From Dimorphilus gyrociliatus (taxonomy: Eukaryota; Animalia; Annelida), in contig CAJFCJ010000031.1 in assembly GCA_904063045.1 (NCBI GenBank), positions 310,001 through 374,000 on the forward strand: a stretch of DNA of 64,000 bases. Direction: 5' to 3'. Below, one piece after another: positions 39,701 to 52,522 of the stretch. The notes beneath the pieces were generated by a model, which did not search any database, was not told where the DNA came from, and was given only the letters and a program-made list of their open reading frames with translations. The position numbers and the translations under genes were made by a program. Position 1 is the stretch's first letter; each line of letters starts with the position of its first letter.

Positions 39701-39875
39701 CTTTTAATATATTGTCACCAATTAATGGAGATTTACAGCCTCCAGCGGTACGTAACTAGCACAATTAGAATATTGTGTTATCAAACCAAAAAACATGTGT
39801 AAAACGACTGGTTCATTCAAGTTTTTATATTTTAGATATAATAACTCATTTCAATTCTAGTATATACAGTACACA

Positions 39876-39915
<40 letters not shown>

Positions 39916-42235
39916 TATATATATATATAAATTATATTCGGGGTTAAACAGGAAGAGAGGCTTATAAGACCAAACATATAATATATAGAATACCTTTTTA
40001 TATATATTTATATATATACAGTATATATATACATGTATGTATTAAAGAATTTTTACGTCTATTTATATTTATTAAATCTATGCCAATCGACAAGTTCCAA
40101 GAAATGTGATAGTTTGCGTGATTTTTTTTTAAATTTGTGATACATATCGTGGATTCTTTTTATGTATTTTGACAATGAAATTAATCCCATAGATGAAAGC
40201 AGCGATTTATAATAATTTTTTTAGTTATATATCTAATTTTTAATTGATTTCTTCTTCTCTTTCTGTTGAGTGAGTGTACAATGGTGTATATTTTTTCAAA
40301 CATAAGCAGCCCACAAGTCATAGACGATCTGTTTCGTCTGAATCAAGTGTTAGTAACATTCCGAAAGCACCACCTCCTCCTCCTGAATCATGGAAATATG
40401 AGCGTCCAAACGGTTCTCGTAGCTCAATTCCAGGTGAATTGTCTGTTGATATTTTGATTTGAGATATCTTAGCTGCTTCAATTGATTTTCTTTTCCTTAT
40501 ATACGACACAAAGCAAAAAAATCAATGTTTTTTAAAACAATAATGCATATGTTTTTACACACAAATTTTAATATTTAGTGTAATTATGTACCATTATTAA
40601 CATATCATAAGATAATTTTTATACTCTTTTACAAGAAAACAGTAGCTAGGTTAAAAATATTTAAAATGTATATACCTTATTTTTTCTAAACTTCAAAACG
40701 ATACACAAATCGTAATGGATAAAAGTTGTTAATCCCCTAGCCTCGATTCCTATATATGTTTTTTTTAATCCTTTATTGCATGCCATTTTATTTTAATCGT
40801 TTAAGTTTTACAAACAAAAATGGCTGCTTATAAAGTTTAGTAAAAATTTATTTTTTGTTATACTTTTTTTTTCCCAATTTTGTCTTGTATTTGTTTCTAA
40901 CATTCCAATTCCATCTTCCTGAATCTGTGCTACTTTGTTTTCTTTTTATTAATATTAATTTTACAAAAAGTCTACGAACGTGATTTCTGTTAATTATTCG
41001 AGAGACTTGGAAAAAAAAACTATTTAAGAAAAGAAAAAAAAATAGCAAAAAATAGTAAAACAATGACTTTTTCTTGTATTTATATCGAATACATTATTTG
41101 GAAAAGAAATATAATAGTTGTGTTTTTTTTTTATATGATTTTTATTATTATTATCATTATTTTTGATTCCTTCAACATTTTTGCTTCCACCCCAACCGCT
41201 TTTTCTGTACATATAGTATACACATACGCACAGATACTTAAATACATATATATATATATGTATGTATATATATTCACGTACATAGTTATACCTATAGACA
41301 TATTATAATTGAGAAGCATCTCAATGTTTTTTTTTTTTTTCGCACTTTTCAACTGCTCGTCATCTTGATTTTTTTTTAATTTATCCTTTTAAATACATTA
41401 ATTTAACTACAACAAAAAAGGACCATGAAGGAATAACATAAAAAAAAGAATCTATTTTGTCCTTGTTGTAAATTATAGAAAACAATAATTAAAATCCAGT
41501 TTTTTGGATTCATTTTCCGATTGCTTACTGAACAGAAAATGATTCCAACGAAGTACAACAACAGAAGAAGAAAACTAGTAATTATGAGCGAGATGTGAAA
41601 TATTCTAGTGAGTTTGAAGATTGCTGAAAAGAATCTTCCTTTTCTTATAAATTTTATTGGTATCTATTGTAAATATTTCCCATTTCGATTCAAAGAGCAA
41701 GCGAGTCAGCAAGATACGCTTAACTTAGAATTGAAGAATAGGTTAACGATGGGAAAGACAGAAAGGGATCAGTTTAGATCGAAACAGAGAGTGTCCGTAA
41801 CGATCATCTCCGATAAAAGCTCGGCGGACGAAGTCAGAGAATGGTTAAGAAATAAACGTTTTGATAATGAGTATGTTAATCTCATTTTGAATAAAAATAG
41901 CATAGCAAACAGCTAATAAATATGTATTTCTCCAGAGTAATTGAAGCTTTACAAGGAAGGTCTGGTAGAGAATTGTTTGATCTAAGCAAAAGGCAAATTG
42001 AGCAAATATGCGGATATGATGAAGCTGATAGGTTGGAGACTCAATTAAATGTTCAAAAAGGAAAGTGTGGTGTAGGTATTTTATTAAAGATGGTAATTTT
42101 TCTAAATAGCTTTACGTAATATAGTACAAATCTAAGGAATCTGCCGAATTGCAAAGAATTCTTAGATCACGAAAATCAATATTAGAAGGTTCGTCATTTG
42201 CTAAAAGTTTTCCTCGTCGTATATCTAACCTATAA
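36758..42235 (+). CDS. EPS8: Epidermal growth factor receptor kinase substrate 8 (PTB, SH3, SAM-like effector domain), ~12 exons
   Basis: PTB domain (LDHLVTM...ELEVYPLDSI...LAAFQC), the EPS8 core PPPSKEFIEVFQKFKLSFILLAKL...ELIAHLFTPL, an SH3 domain (KELDVYSGEYLKVLDHSRNWWKLMNADGNKGFAPFNIL) and a C-terminal SAM-like domain (SSADEVREWLRNKRF...GRELFDLSK). Start and last exon are less certain. Confidence 0.9.
39861..39930. repeat. (TA)n microsatellite with CAG/CTG interruptions, in an EPS8 intron
   Basis: Directly visible. Confidence 0.9.
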
Positions 42236-43502
42236 TTCTTTTGCCCGACAGATAATTAATCAACTTTTCATTACTGGTGCCTTGATTTACGGCTGATAAG
42301 GTTTTACGCACTTTTATGCCTTATTAAGCGATGAAACCTAAGAAATGTGATACTATTTGTTGTAGTTTTATTCTTTTTCGCTTCGAAAATATTATGCTAT
42401 TATACAATTGACTGTATTCTCAGAAAATGTGACTATAAGTGCACAATATTTCAAAAATTACACTGCAGTTAACCTCTTTGGCAAAGAATAATATGTGATC
42501 AAAATAGTTACATATAGTCGTTATTTGTTTGTTTTTATTAATGATTCAACATTATCTCTTTTTACACTTAAATAAACTACTCTTCCATGGTTTGGTGCTA
42601 AAGTCTATTGTTTTGAATTTACATAATGTTACTTTTTAAAAGAAGGAATTAATTAATTAATCATAATCGAATTATAGGGGGAATTGGTTTCCATACTAAA
42701 ATAAAAATATTCCAATACCTTCCGGTCTCCCTCATTTCCACCTATCCCCTTTTTTCACTCAATTCTTGCAACAGATGCTACTTTTTATCGACTATTATGA
42801 CTAGAGAAAGCAGCAATCTCAAAGACTTGCTATGATTGTAGATAATGACAAAGATCCTTTCTGGATTACTTTAATAAATACTATTAATGATCAAGTATGT
42901 AAAACAATATTTGTATTAGAATAATTTTCGCAATAGTTTGTTCTCTTCTTTTAAATGTAGAAAATAAACAAAACCGAAATAATTTATTGATTTTTCTTCT
43001 CATTGCGGTAACTTGGCGTTAATTTTCTAAAGAGATTTACTGAATATCAAAATATGTTTTTTTAAAAAGTTATGTAAATATCTATCCGAAAAGTTTTTGT
43101 TGTATAAAACCTCTTTCAAAAGAAAATTTCCATTTGTTCAACGTTTAGAGTCATGCGTTAAAATGTGAAATATGTGACGGTTTAGTATGTTTTTATGCAT
43201 TCTTTTTAAGATAAAGCACGATCTATGTAGTTCTAGTTTATGCTATTTGCTTATTTAGTCCCGCTTTCGAACTAAGATAATACTTTTAAGTATATGAACG
43301 AAAATGGTAAAACTGTAGAAAGACTGACAAAAAACAAGAGAGAAAGAGTGATAAGTAATAATACTACAATATATAAGGTGAGAATATGATATAGAATGCA
43401 ATATAGCGAATAGTAAATACGAACGATTTGAATTCTTTTTAAAGAGTAGTTAAAAGTTAAAACAGAGTCTTAAAATTAAAAACAGGTTACTTTCTTTTAA
43501 AA

Positions 43503-46500
43503 ATGGCGCTTCACGATAACGAATTTGTCAATTCCTTACACCAACAGGTTTGAAACAATGTAACTCTGAATATTTAAGTAACTTTCTATCAATAAATAAA
43601 TATTAATCATAAGATAATTTTGACTGTTTCTAGGTTAAAGATATTATTCCTGATCCCATTGAAAGAGATGAGCTATACAATTATTTGAATATATATAAAA
43701 GGTATTACTTGCAAAGATATACTAAATAGTAAATATTGTATATAAAATTTGTTAAAATAACCAATGCAGCACGGAGAATATTCAACAGTTGATAATCAAT
43801 TTGTGTAAAGTAGTAAATTGTCCGGAAAAGCTAGATGTTTTTAACTTGATAAGGTAAATTTAATTGACAAATATACCACTAAGCTTGAGAATAATATACT
43901 TCTTTTCTTCATTTGTTTTCATTCATTATCCATATTAGTATCTGTTGCTTCTTTTCTATTTAGGCCGTACGTTCTACCGCAGGATCAATATGTATACGAT
44001 CTACAAGCGCCAATCCCCAAATCGGGATATAGAAATATCATTTTAAAGCGTATAAATAGCTCGGATAGTTTGGGATTTACTTTCCGCGGAGGGTTTCAAA
44101 ATAGCGTAGGCGTTTATGTATCATCAGTTGCAAAAAATTCCCAAGCCGAAGAAAAAGGTTTAAAAGCCGGTGACGAAATTATAAGCATGAATGGATTTAC
44201 AATTAAACAAGCTGTTTATTCCGAGATAATGAAGTTGGCTACTTCCTATAAAGAAATCTGCTTAAAAATTAAACGTAAGTTTTCATGTTTACGGGTAACA
44301 ATTATTATATATCAAAAGAGGAAGTGAAAAGAAAAGCTCTTATTTTTTGTTTAGATATCGGTATGCTGCCAGTTAAAAGGTATATTTATTGAAGGATTTA
44401 TAATTCTTTTTTGACGTAATTCAATATGAAATTAATAGACATGCGCAAAATCCGATACGGTGGGAGTATGTTGCTAGGCAGGAAAAAAGTTTAGTAAGTT
44501 TTTAGCCTGATTGAAATTTTTCCAATACAGTTTTTGTTTTGTTTGTTGTTTTAGTCGAGAAATAATGCGTCAACAGAGGAAATATGTCTATTTCTTTATA
44601 TTCCTTTGGATTCATCTATCGGTTGTAGGTAATTATAGAAATGGCTGATAGTTAATTGAAGGTCTTAATAGGTCGTGAACTAACTCATGTTTCTAAATAG
44701 CATTGCTAGCGACAGGGAGGGGGAAGGAAATGTAACTGTTCAAGGAATTAAGGAAGGCTCAGTTGCCGATAAGGTTGGATTAAAGAAGGGCGATACGATA
44801 CTAAACGTAAATGGGACAGATTTTGAAGGCATATCTCACTCTGAGGCAATTGTTGCTATGAAAGGCAGCAGACATCTGAAGATGACTATTTGTAGATCGT
44901 TAGAATCAACAACTACAGGCCAATTAGTTAGTTACGAAATTGTTTACCGAATACTTAATTCTATTGATATTACATTTTTATCCTAAAAGGAAAGAAGTAA
45001 TGAAATACTATCAATGGAACACAAAACTAGCGGAAAAAATTCATCAGATGGCGCTGTGGAGACAATAAACAGTTTTGAAAAAGAGATCGTCACACAAAAA
45101 CCTCAATATACTGGAGTAAAATTCGTGACTTTAAAAATCCTTTATAAACCTTTCTTTAAATCCAGAATAAACTTTATCTCATTTTAGAATGCAAATCCAC
45201 AAGAATTACACGACTTGGAAAGAGAGGATATTACTGAAAAGAGGGAACAGCTTTCTAATGTATGTTTATTCTATCTTGTCATTAGTTTTATTACATTTTT
45301 TATGGCTGTTTTAATTGTCAGGAGACTCAATTGCCTAGAAAAAAACCTGATAGAATAGTTATACCGACTGAAAATTCAAATTATGAATTGTTGCCTACTT
45401 CTCCAGTAAGTAAAAATTCTTCAGTATAATTTTTTTAATATATATATATAATCAGTTTCTTTTAATAATATTCGTCTTCGTAAGGTTGCCAAATCGTATA
45501 TGAGCAATGAGAGAGCTCCGAGTTTTAAAATACAAAAACCAGTTTTACTCAGCCCAATTGGAAATCGTCATAGGTTTGTCTTCTTTTTTATACTGTATAT
45601 ACAGCATATATATATATATATATATATATATACTGTGTATATTTAATATACTATATAAATTTATATATAATATATGTTAAATCGAAATTACATCTCATCC
45701 ATACTTTATTCAATTCTATTCTTCATATGCATTGAAGATTTGAGTTGGTTACTATTATTGAGTTCAGTCTGCAAAGGCAACGAGAGGATTTAGGGTTGTT
45801 CTGTCTAAAAAGTATATAATCTGTATTCTTTGAAAATTGTAATTTCAACGAAATACGTATATATATATATAAATTTATATCTATATACAGTATATTAGTG
45901 TCTTAAATCTGTATACAAATTTCATACTATAAATAGCAGTATATAAATATATATTCCATGTATAAATTAACAGCGTAATTAAAGAAGAGGCTAGATTCGA
46001 TTTATCTTTATTAACAGATCAACTTTTCCAACCAACACGATTGGTAAGCTTCTCTTTTTTTATTGATTGTTATATACATCGTTTTATTGATAATTTCTTT
46101 TCGTTAGTTTACTAATGAGGAAATATCAGGTCGTCACGTGATACTCTGTAGCGTTCCAATAACGGGCAGTTTAGGTATGACACTAGAAGATCGACTAGGG
46201 CACGTAATCGTATCGAATATTGTTAATGGAGGAGTAGTTGACAAATTGAAAAAAATTGATATTGGAGATGAGCTTTTAGGATTCGACGATTACAACGTTT
46301 TGAAAATGGAATTTGAAAAAGTTGAAAACTTATTGGCAAACGCTTGCACCGCAAACTCTAAAGTTGGTTATTTCATATTTTTTTCATTATAACGTATAAT
46401 TGATTATTTAACGTTTGATGTATCAATTACAGGAATATCTAAGATTAATTATAGCCAAAACCCCATCATCAAATCAATACTATGCAGTTGAAATGTGAGT

Positions 46501-46877
46501 AAGAGAAAATGTTTATATTGGGGAAAATAAGTCAATTTTTTCCCCCTAATTATTCATCAAGTAGCGCGTACTTGATACTAATTTGTATTTACTTTATGCA
46601 AAAAAACAGTTTAAATTCAAATAAGCACGATAATGCGAGTAAGTAAACACAAAACTAAATGGTGAACAGTAGAAAATTTATAGTAGCAGTTATATTGTAA
46701 AGTTTATTAGTATAGTACAGTAAAAAATTATTTAATAAATTTTTGGCTTATGGTTATTTTTTTATGTTTATTTAAAACTTTCAATATTTCTTATCTATTT
46801 TTTTTTTAAATTAATAGTAAATAGTACATTAGTTCCTTATTGTTTTCTTTTTCTTGAAACACAGTACCCGTCTCTAA
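43503..46877 (+). CDS. USH1C: Harmonin (HHD-PDZ1-PDZ2-PDZ3 scaffold with C-terminal PDZ-binding motif), many short exons
   Basis: N-terminal harmonin-homology domain (ERDELYNYLNIY...LDVFNLIRPYV), PDZ1 SLGFTFRGG followed by HIGMLPVK...IRWEYV (harmonin HIGLIPVK..LTWQYV), PDZ2 SIGCSIAS, PDZ3 SLGMTLE. The end ...YAVEITRL* aligns with human ...YDDELTFF*. Confidence 0.88.
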
Positions 46878-47441
46878 CATAGATGATTATTGCAAAACAA
46901 TGGAGAATTATAAGAATGAAAGTACAGATTCGGATATTCCAATAACTATAATATGAAAATGTACCTATATTTGATAAGGGAAAAAATTGTCGATAATTTA
47001 GTTACTTTTTTAAGCAGTAGATGGAGTTATTTTGTCTCTTTTGCACTAGTTTCCATAACAAAATACAAATTTAAGCCTATAAAAACCAATAAGTAACATT
47101 TGTTACAGTTGCTTCGTATAATTTTGCAGTTGTCTGCTAGGACTTTCTTCCTTTTATTTTTCTTGTTTATCAACAAACGACGTTTGTTTACGAGTCCTTT
47201 TTCATCCGTAACGGTTGTGCTATTATTGATTTTCTATAAGCCATTGATAAAGCACGCTTATCAATAATACTGTCTCTACTATGGAGAGATGAAGTAGTTT
47301 ATAACTTGCTTTTCATTCTTATCGGTATTATCGGTGGCGTTAAATTTATATTGATACTGGAGGTTTGAGGTATTCTTTTTATTTAATTATGAAATAAGTC
47401 GGTGGAAAAGATAGTGGAAAACATAAAGAAGATCGAAAAAA

Positions 47442-49104
47442 ATGGTGGACCGTTTACAGCAACCAGAGGAACGTCAAGCGGGTATCAGGAAAAATGTATA
47501 TCGAAACATGGCCGTTTTGACCTCATCTTTTTTTTGTGTATATATATCTTATATGTCATTGGAGAGTCTACAAAGCTCTTTAAATTTCGAGAATGGTTTG
47601 GGAACAACCTGTGTCGCCATCATATATGGTGTTCTGATAGTATCATCGTTCTTAGCACCACCCTTTATTGAAAGATTCGGAGTAAGGAATGTACTATTAT
47701 GTGGCTGGTTTTGTCACACGCTGTTTATATTGGCTAACATGTGGCCTCATTGGGCAACTCTAATTCCAGCCAGTATTCTAGTTGGTGTGGCTTCTGGTTT
47801 TATATGGGTTGCTCAAGGATCTTATGTTTCAAGATTAGGAGTTCGTCTATCGGAAGCCTCATCCCTGGCCAGTGAACCGGCTATGGGGCGTCTATTCGCT
47901 GCTTTCTCTGCTGTTTTGGCACTTATGCGTTTATTTGGTTATGTTCTTTCTTCACTAATCCTTTACAGCCATAAATCGAATGAAAATTTGGACGTAAATG
48001 GAACAACAACTCCCCGACCAATATTGAAATGTGGAGCATTACACTGTCCGATGGAACAAACTGATCATTTCGAAAAGCCCCCAAAAAGAATTAAATACAT
48101 CTTATTAGGCATCTATCTAGCCTTTAATATTCTAGGAATATTCATAATCCTTGCTCTGCAGAATATTGGTGAGCAAAGGGAAAACCGTCAATCGCCGGCA
48201 TCCTTTGGTTCAGCTTTTAAGAAAAAGCTGAAGAGAACTCTACTACTCTTTCGAAAGCCTTTAATGTCAGCGTTGTTATGTATTACAGTTGTTAATGCCC
48301 TAAATGAGGCCACACTACATTCCTCTTTTACCCAATCATTTGTTATATGCACTCATGGCGTTAAGATGGTTGGTTTAGTCCTATTGGTAACCTGCACAGT
48401 TTATCTAGTCACCAGTCTGATAGTTGGATGGGTAGTTCGTTATATACCATCCTCTGTGATGGTTTTCGTTGGCTTTTGTGTTTTAGCTGCTTTTGCTTTG
48501 ACTGGTCTATTTCTACAAACTGGACCTGAAATGTTTAGTTCGCTTCTACTTCTATCTGCCTCCATTGGTGCAGCTTTGGGCATCCTACTTCCGGCTAAAC
48601 AAAGTTTGTACTCTTTTTTTCATTAACTATTAGCAGATTTCTTCCGTTTCCTTTTAAATCCGTTTTTTTTGTCTTTATTCTTGTCTTTCTTTATATTTTC
48701 TTGCCATAGCTTCTCCATATATCTAATTGGAAAAAGATTTTGAAACCTATTCTTAAAACTCTATATATTCTCCTCTTTTTTATTTTTAAACAGCATTGGC
48801 CGGATTTTGGTTCAAGGATAGAAAAACTGAAGCTTACGGTTTAGAACAATCGTTCAATGCATTAGTTCAGTGCATCGCCTACGCTTATTCCAGATATTTA
48901 TGCATCAGGGTGAAATTTTATATCTTCCTTGGTTTCTTATTGATCGCTTTTGTGATCTACACAATTCAAGTTATACGTAAGAAGGCGTTAACCCTAACAA
49001 CCCAAAATAATAATTTAGACACTACTGAAATGAGGAGATCCAGATCGTTATCGGCCAGAGAGAATAGTGAAGCCAGTGAAGCACTAGTCCCTATGGACAG
49101 ATAA
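47442..49104 (+). CDS. UNC93A: UNC93-like MFS membrane protein, 2 exons
   Basis: Exons 47442-48603 and 48794-49104 join in phase 1. Motifs RNMAVLTSSFF..Y.SY.SLESLQSSLN...LG, ANMWPHWATLIPASILVG and IWVAQGSY, with many TM helices. Confidence 0.85.
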
Positions 49105-49952
49105 AAAGAAGAATGGCAAAGCCACTAATTATCAATCAGATTTTCTTACTCTTTATGAAATTAGAATTAAAAAGAAAATGAAAAAAAAGGACAAATCGAA
49201 AATTGTTATTTATATTTTATAAATTGGGTTTTTCTTTTTTTTCCTCTTCAATATTAAATCTTTTATGAAGATGCTAAAGAAAGGGCGTGTTGTAAAGAGG
49301 ACAGGGAGAGAGAGAGGGATATCTCTGTCAAAAAAAAAGAAAAAAAAAGGACATATATATTCTTTTATAACTGGAGTTACTTTGCTTTTCTTTGTCACTG
49401 CATTTTTCATATATATATATATATATATATTTTTTTTTTCCATGAAAGAGCGTTCCGATTCGTTCCGATTATGAACATATTAAAATACTGTTGTGTAATA
49501 TCAATCTATTGAATTGTTACTTTAAAAAGTCTTGGATTATTTTCTTTCTTTTCTTTTTGCTCAAAATCGTTTTTTCCCTATCCCTTAAATATTTTTCATC
49601 TGTTCATCTACCTTATCATTGTTTCCAGTTTTTAGGTTAGTCTTTCTGGTTTTTAACGAGTTTTTATTTAAAAAAATAAAGATTGATATATATATATATA
49701 GATATATTTATTAAACATCATCCTTTATTTGGTACAATAATGAGTTGTTTTTAAATAAGAAGATTTTACTCATCCAAGTGAAGGAACTCAATAGGTAGCT
49801 ACATTAAAAACATATAGAACCCCTCGCTGTCTATAAAAGCGGGCAGGTATTAACGGTGAGGTTCACTTTACGAATTTTGGCAATTGGAGGAAGACCACTT
49901 GTTGGTTGTTTGACTTTTTTAAACATTTTTTTGTTGGGAAAAAGTATTAATA

Positions 49953-51271
49953 ATGGTTTCGTTGAAATTTCTGTTAGGTTTCGTCTTTTTAATAGGAGGT
50001 AAGTTATGAATATAATACAAATTTATCTATTTGGAAACCTTATTAATATTCCCCCCTTTCGAATGTACAGTCGTTGGAAGTGAAAGCCTAAAATGCCCTC
50101 AATATTACCAAGAAGTAGAGGGTGGTTGTTTCAGAATTGTGTATATTAAAGAGGTACGAATTTTGAATGACTCCATTTTTCATTTATTTTTTTTTATTGT
50201 AATAAAAATAATTAAACGACCAAAAATATTTAGGGAGGAACAATCGTAAATAATAGAGAGACGGCTACACAGTTTTGTAAGTTGGCGTTTTTTGATTCGG
50301 TATCTCAAATGCAGAATGTTGAGTCAATTGTTCGAAGTTCACATGCCGAAAAATTTACTTCGGTTGATCATTTATCTTTCTGGTTTGGTATGTCGAAACA
50401 TGGCAACCATTGGAAATGGGAGCGTTTCGGGAACGAGACAATGATATTTGATCAAATGATGTATGGCATTATATATGGTCGAGTATTTCCATCTTGTCTA
50501 GATTATACACAGGCAACGTTGAACATTTATCAAATTGTTGAAACTCAAATTATGACGACAAGTAATAATGCTACCGCCGATGGTTTAATATGTAGAGCCG
50601 ATTATGAAAAAGGCCCTGAAAATGTTATTGAAGGCGATCCGCATATAATTCAAAAGTTGTTGAAGAGTGAGGAGAAGTTTTGTTATGATCTTATTGGCAA
50701 GTCTGGTGATGTTTTTACATTAATTGATGATAGAGCATCGGAAGCAACTGTAATGGCCGAATTAAAAGACGATTATTATTTTCATAAAGTTATACTAATT
50801 AGCGGAAAAGATAGAATTGTTATCTCTGCCGATTACGGGGTTGTTGGTGAAAAGAAGATGAGCTGGTCGGCGGGAGATGGTATGAAATTGTTTAAAAAAG
50901 GGATTGCCATTGCGAAAAAAGATTCGCTATTCTATGTGCTTTTGGGTGTAAACGACTTGTATGGTATTAAGATAGTAAGAAAGCAAAAGGATTGGGGCTA
51001 CTACATTGACGTCTTGTTCGATCAAAGAAAGGGAATTCAAAATATTAATTCACTATCTGGTGGTTTGTTTGGTTGGGTTCAGAGTGGCGACTACGAATTT
51101 AATTTTCCAGTTCAAAGTCATACAGAGGGTAAAAAGCTTCGAGGATCTATTCAAGTACGAGGTAAACTTTTCGACGCTTTCTACATAATCGGCTTGGATG
51201 GAAAACCGTGTTGGTCTCTTCCAATCGACCATATCCTATATCCAAGAAATTCTAATCACTTTCGCCTGTAA
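49953..51271 (+). CDS. Secreted protein: signal peptide + C-type-lectin-like domain + GDPH + inter-alpha-trypsin inhibitor heavy-chain C-terminal domain, 3 exons, 388 aa
   Basis: Exons 49953-49998, 50071-50153, 50234-51271 (1167 nt, in frame). Signal MVSLKFLLGFVFLIGVVGS. CTLD pattern CP..Y....GGCF...A.QFC.LA...FWFGM...WKW...C...LICR. Then EGDPHII...CYDL.G..GDVFTLIDD....V.AEL...YYFHKV...SW...GGLFG...IQVRGK...PCW, aligning by eye with the ITIH1-3 C-terminal propeptide. Confidence 0.8.
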
Positions 51272-51429
51272 CTACTAGAATTACATCTGTAGAAACAATG
51301 CTATTTGCATATATATAAATAAATATATATGTTCATATATGTATAAAAGAAGTATTATGATATATACATAAAAAAATAGAATACAAGAATTATGATAAAG
51401 AGAATTGATATGAATGTTTGGTATTTTAG

Positions 51430-51650
51430 GGGATTGCTGCTTGTTGCTCATGCAATTGTATCATAACCAAATGTATCTACCTTGGTTATGCTAAATTAAT
51501 TGAATATTTATTTGCACGCATGCGCTTTGAGAGACTTTTCACGGGCTCGTGAAAGGAGCGTGCAACGATTATGACTAGGATTCTATACCGTGCTGTAAAC
51601 ACTAAGAGAAAATGTGGTTCAGTTGAATGACGTTTCTCTTTTGAAAGTAT
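51430..51650. repeat. Diverged non-coding duplicate, copy A (NRF1-like ACGCATGCGC core)
   Basis: Aligns by eye with 53490-53700; core 51516-51580. Confidence 0.6.
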
Positions 51651-52487
51651 AGAATTAGTCTTGTTTTTTTTTTCCCATTTTTATTTATTTATGCGTAATA
51701 TATTGATATTTTAGAGTCCAACTGACGTAGAAACTATACGCTCAAGTAACAAAAATACGTTTCATCTTATTTTTCGTTTTATTGCCATGTTTACGCTTTA
51801 AAATTAATGCGTCTGCTATTGTTCAAATGAAATGGCGCGATATATCTCTAAATAATACGCCCTAATTTTCTCTTGTTCGTTCTTTTTTGTTAAATCAACT
51901 TTTTATTTGGGCACGTTATCCTTCTAAGGCCTATCTTGTTTAAAAACTTCTTTTATTTTTTCAATGTCACATTGGTCTTTTAAGAAACTCTCCTCTTCTT
52001 TTCACCAATACGCTCTATTTAATTTTTGAATTTATAAAAAGGAAAAGAAGCTTTTTATTTGTTTTCTTTTTTCTGGTTCTTTTATGCGATTTTGTGGTTT
52101 TTGTGTGTATAATTTATAAATATGTGTGTGTATGTGTGTATTAAAAGAATTCAATATATCCGCATAATGAAGAATAATAACATTCTTTCAAGATAAAGAA
52201 TGAATAACAACCCAACACTATTGGTAAGAGATAGCGAGAACGTTTAAGGTAGCTGCTCTTACGGACACTGCATTCCGACTATCGAAAAGTATTCTATTTT
52301 ATAAATAAATGAGAAAGGTAGTTCTTATGTTATTCCTCAAGCATCAATAAAGTTGACAATCTTAATTATCGGCTAAATTAAAATTATCTAAAAGATAATG
52401 ATATATTAAGATTCCTTAAGGCTTTCTTTATCATAAACCCATTAAGAATATCCGGATATAGATGTAGATTTAGATATGTAACGAGGT

Positions 52488-52490
<3 letters not shown>

Positions 52491-52520
<30 letters not shown>
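52491..52520. repeat. (GA)n microsatellite; similar tracts at ~58979-59005 and ~62787-62830
   Basis: Directly visible. Confidence 0.9.
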
Positions 52521-52522
<2 letters not shown>

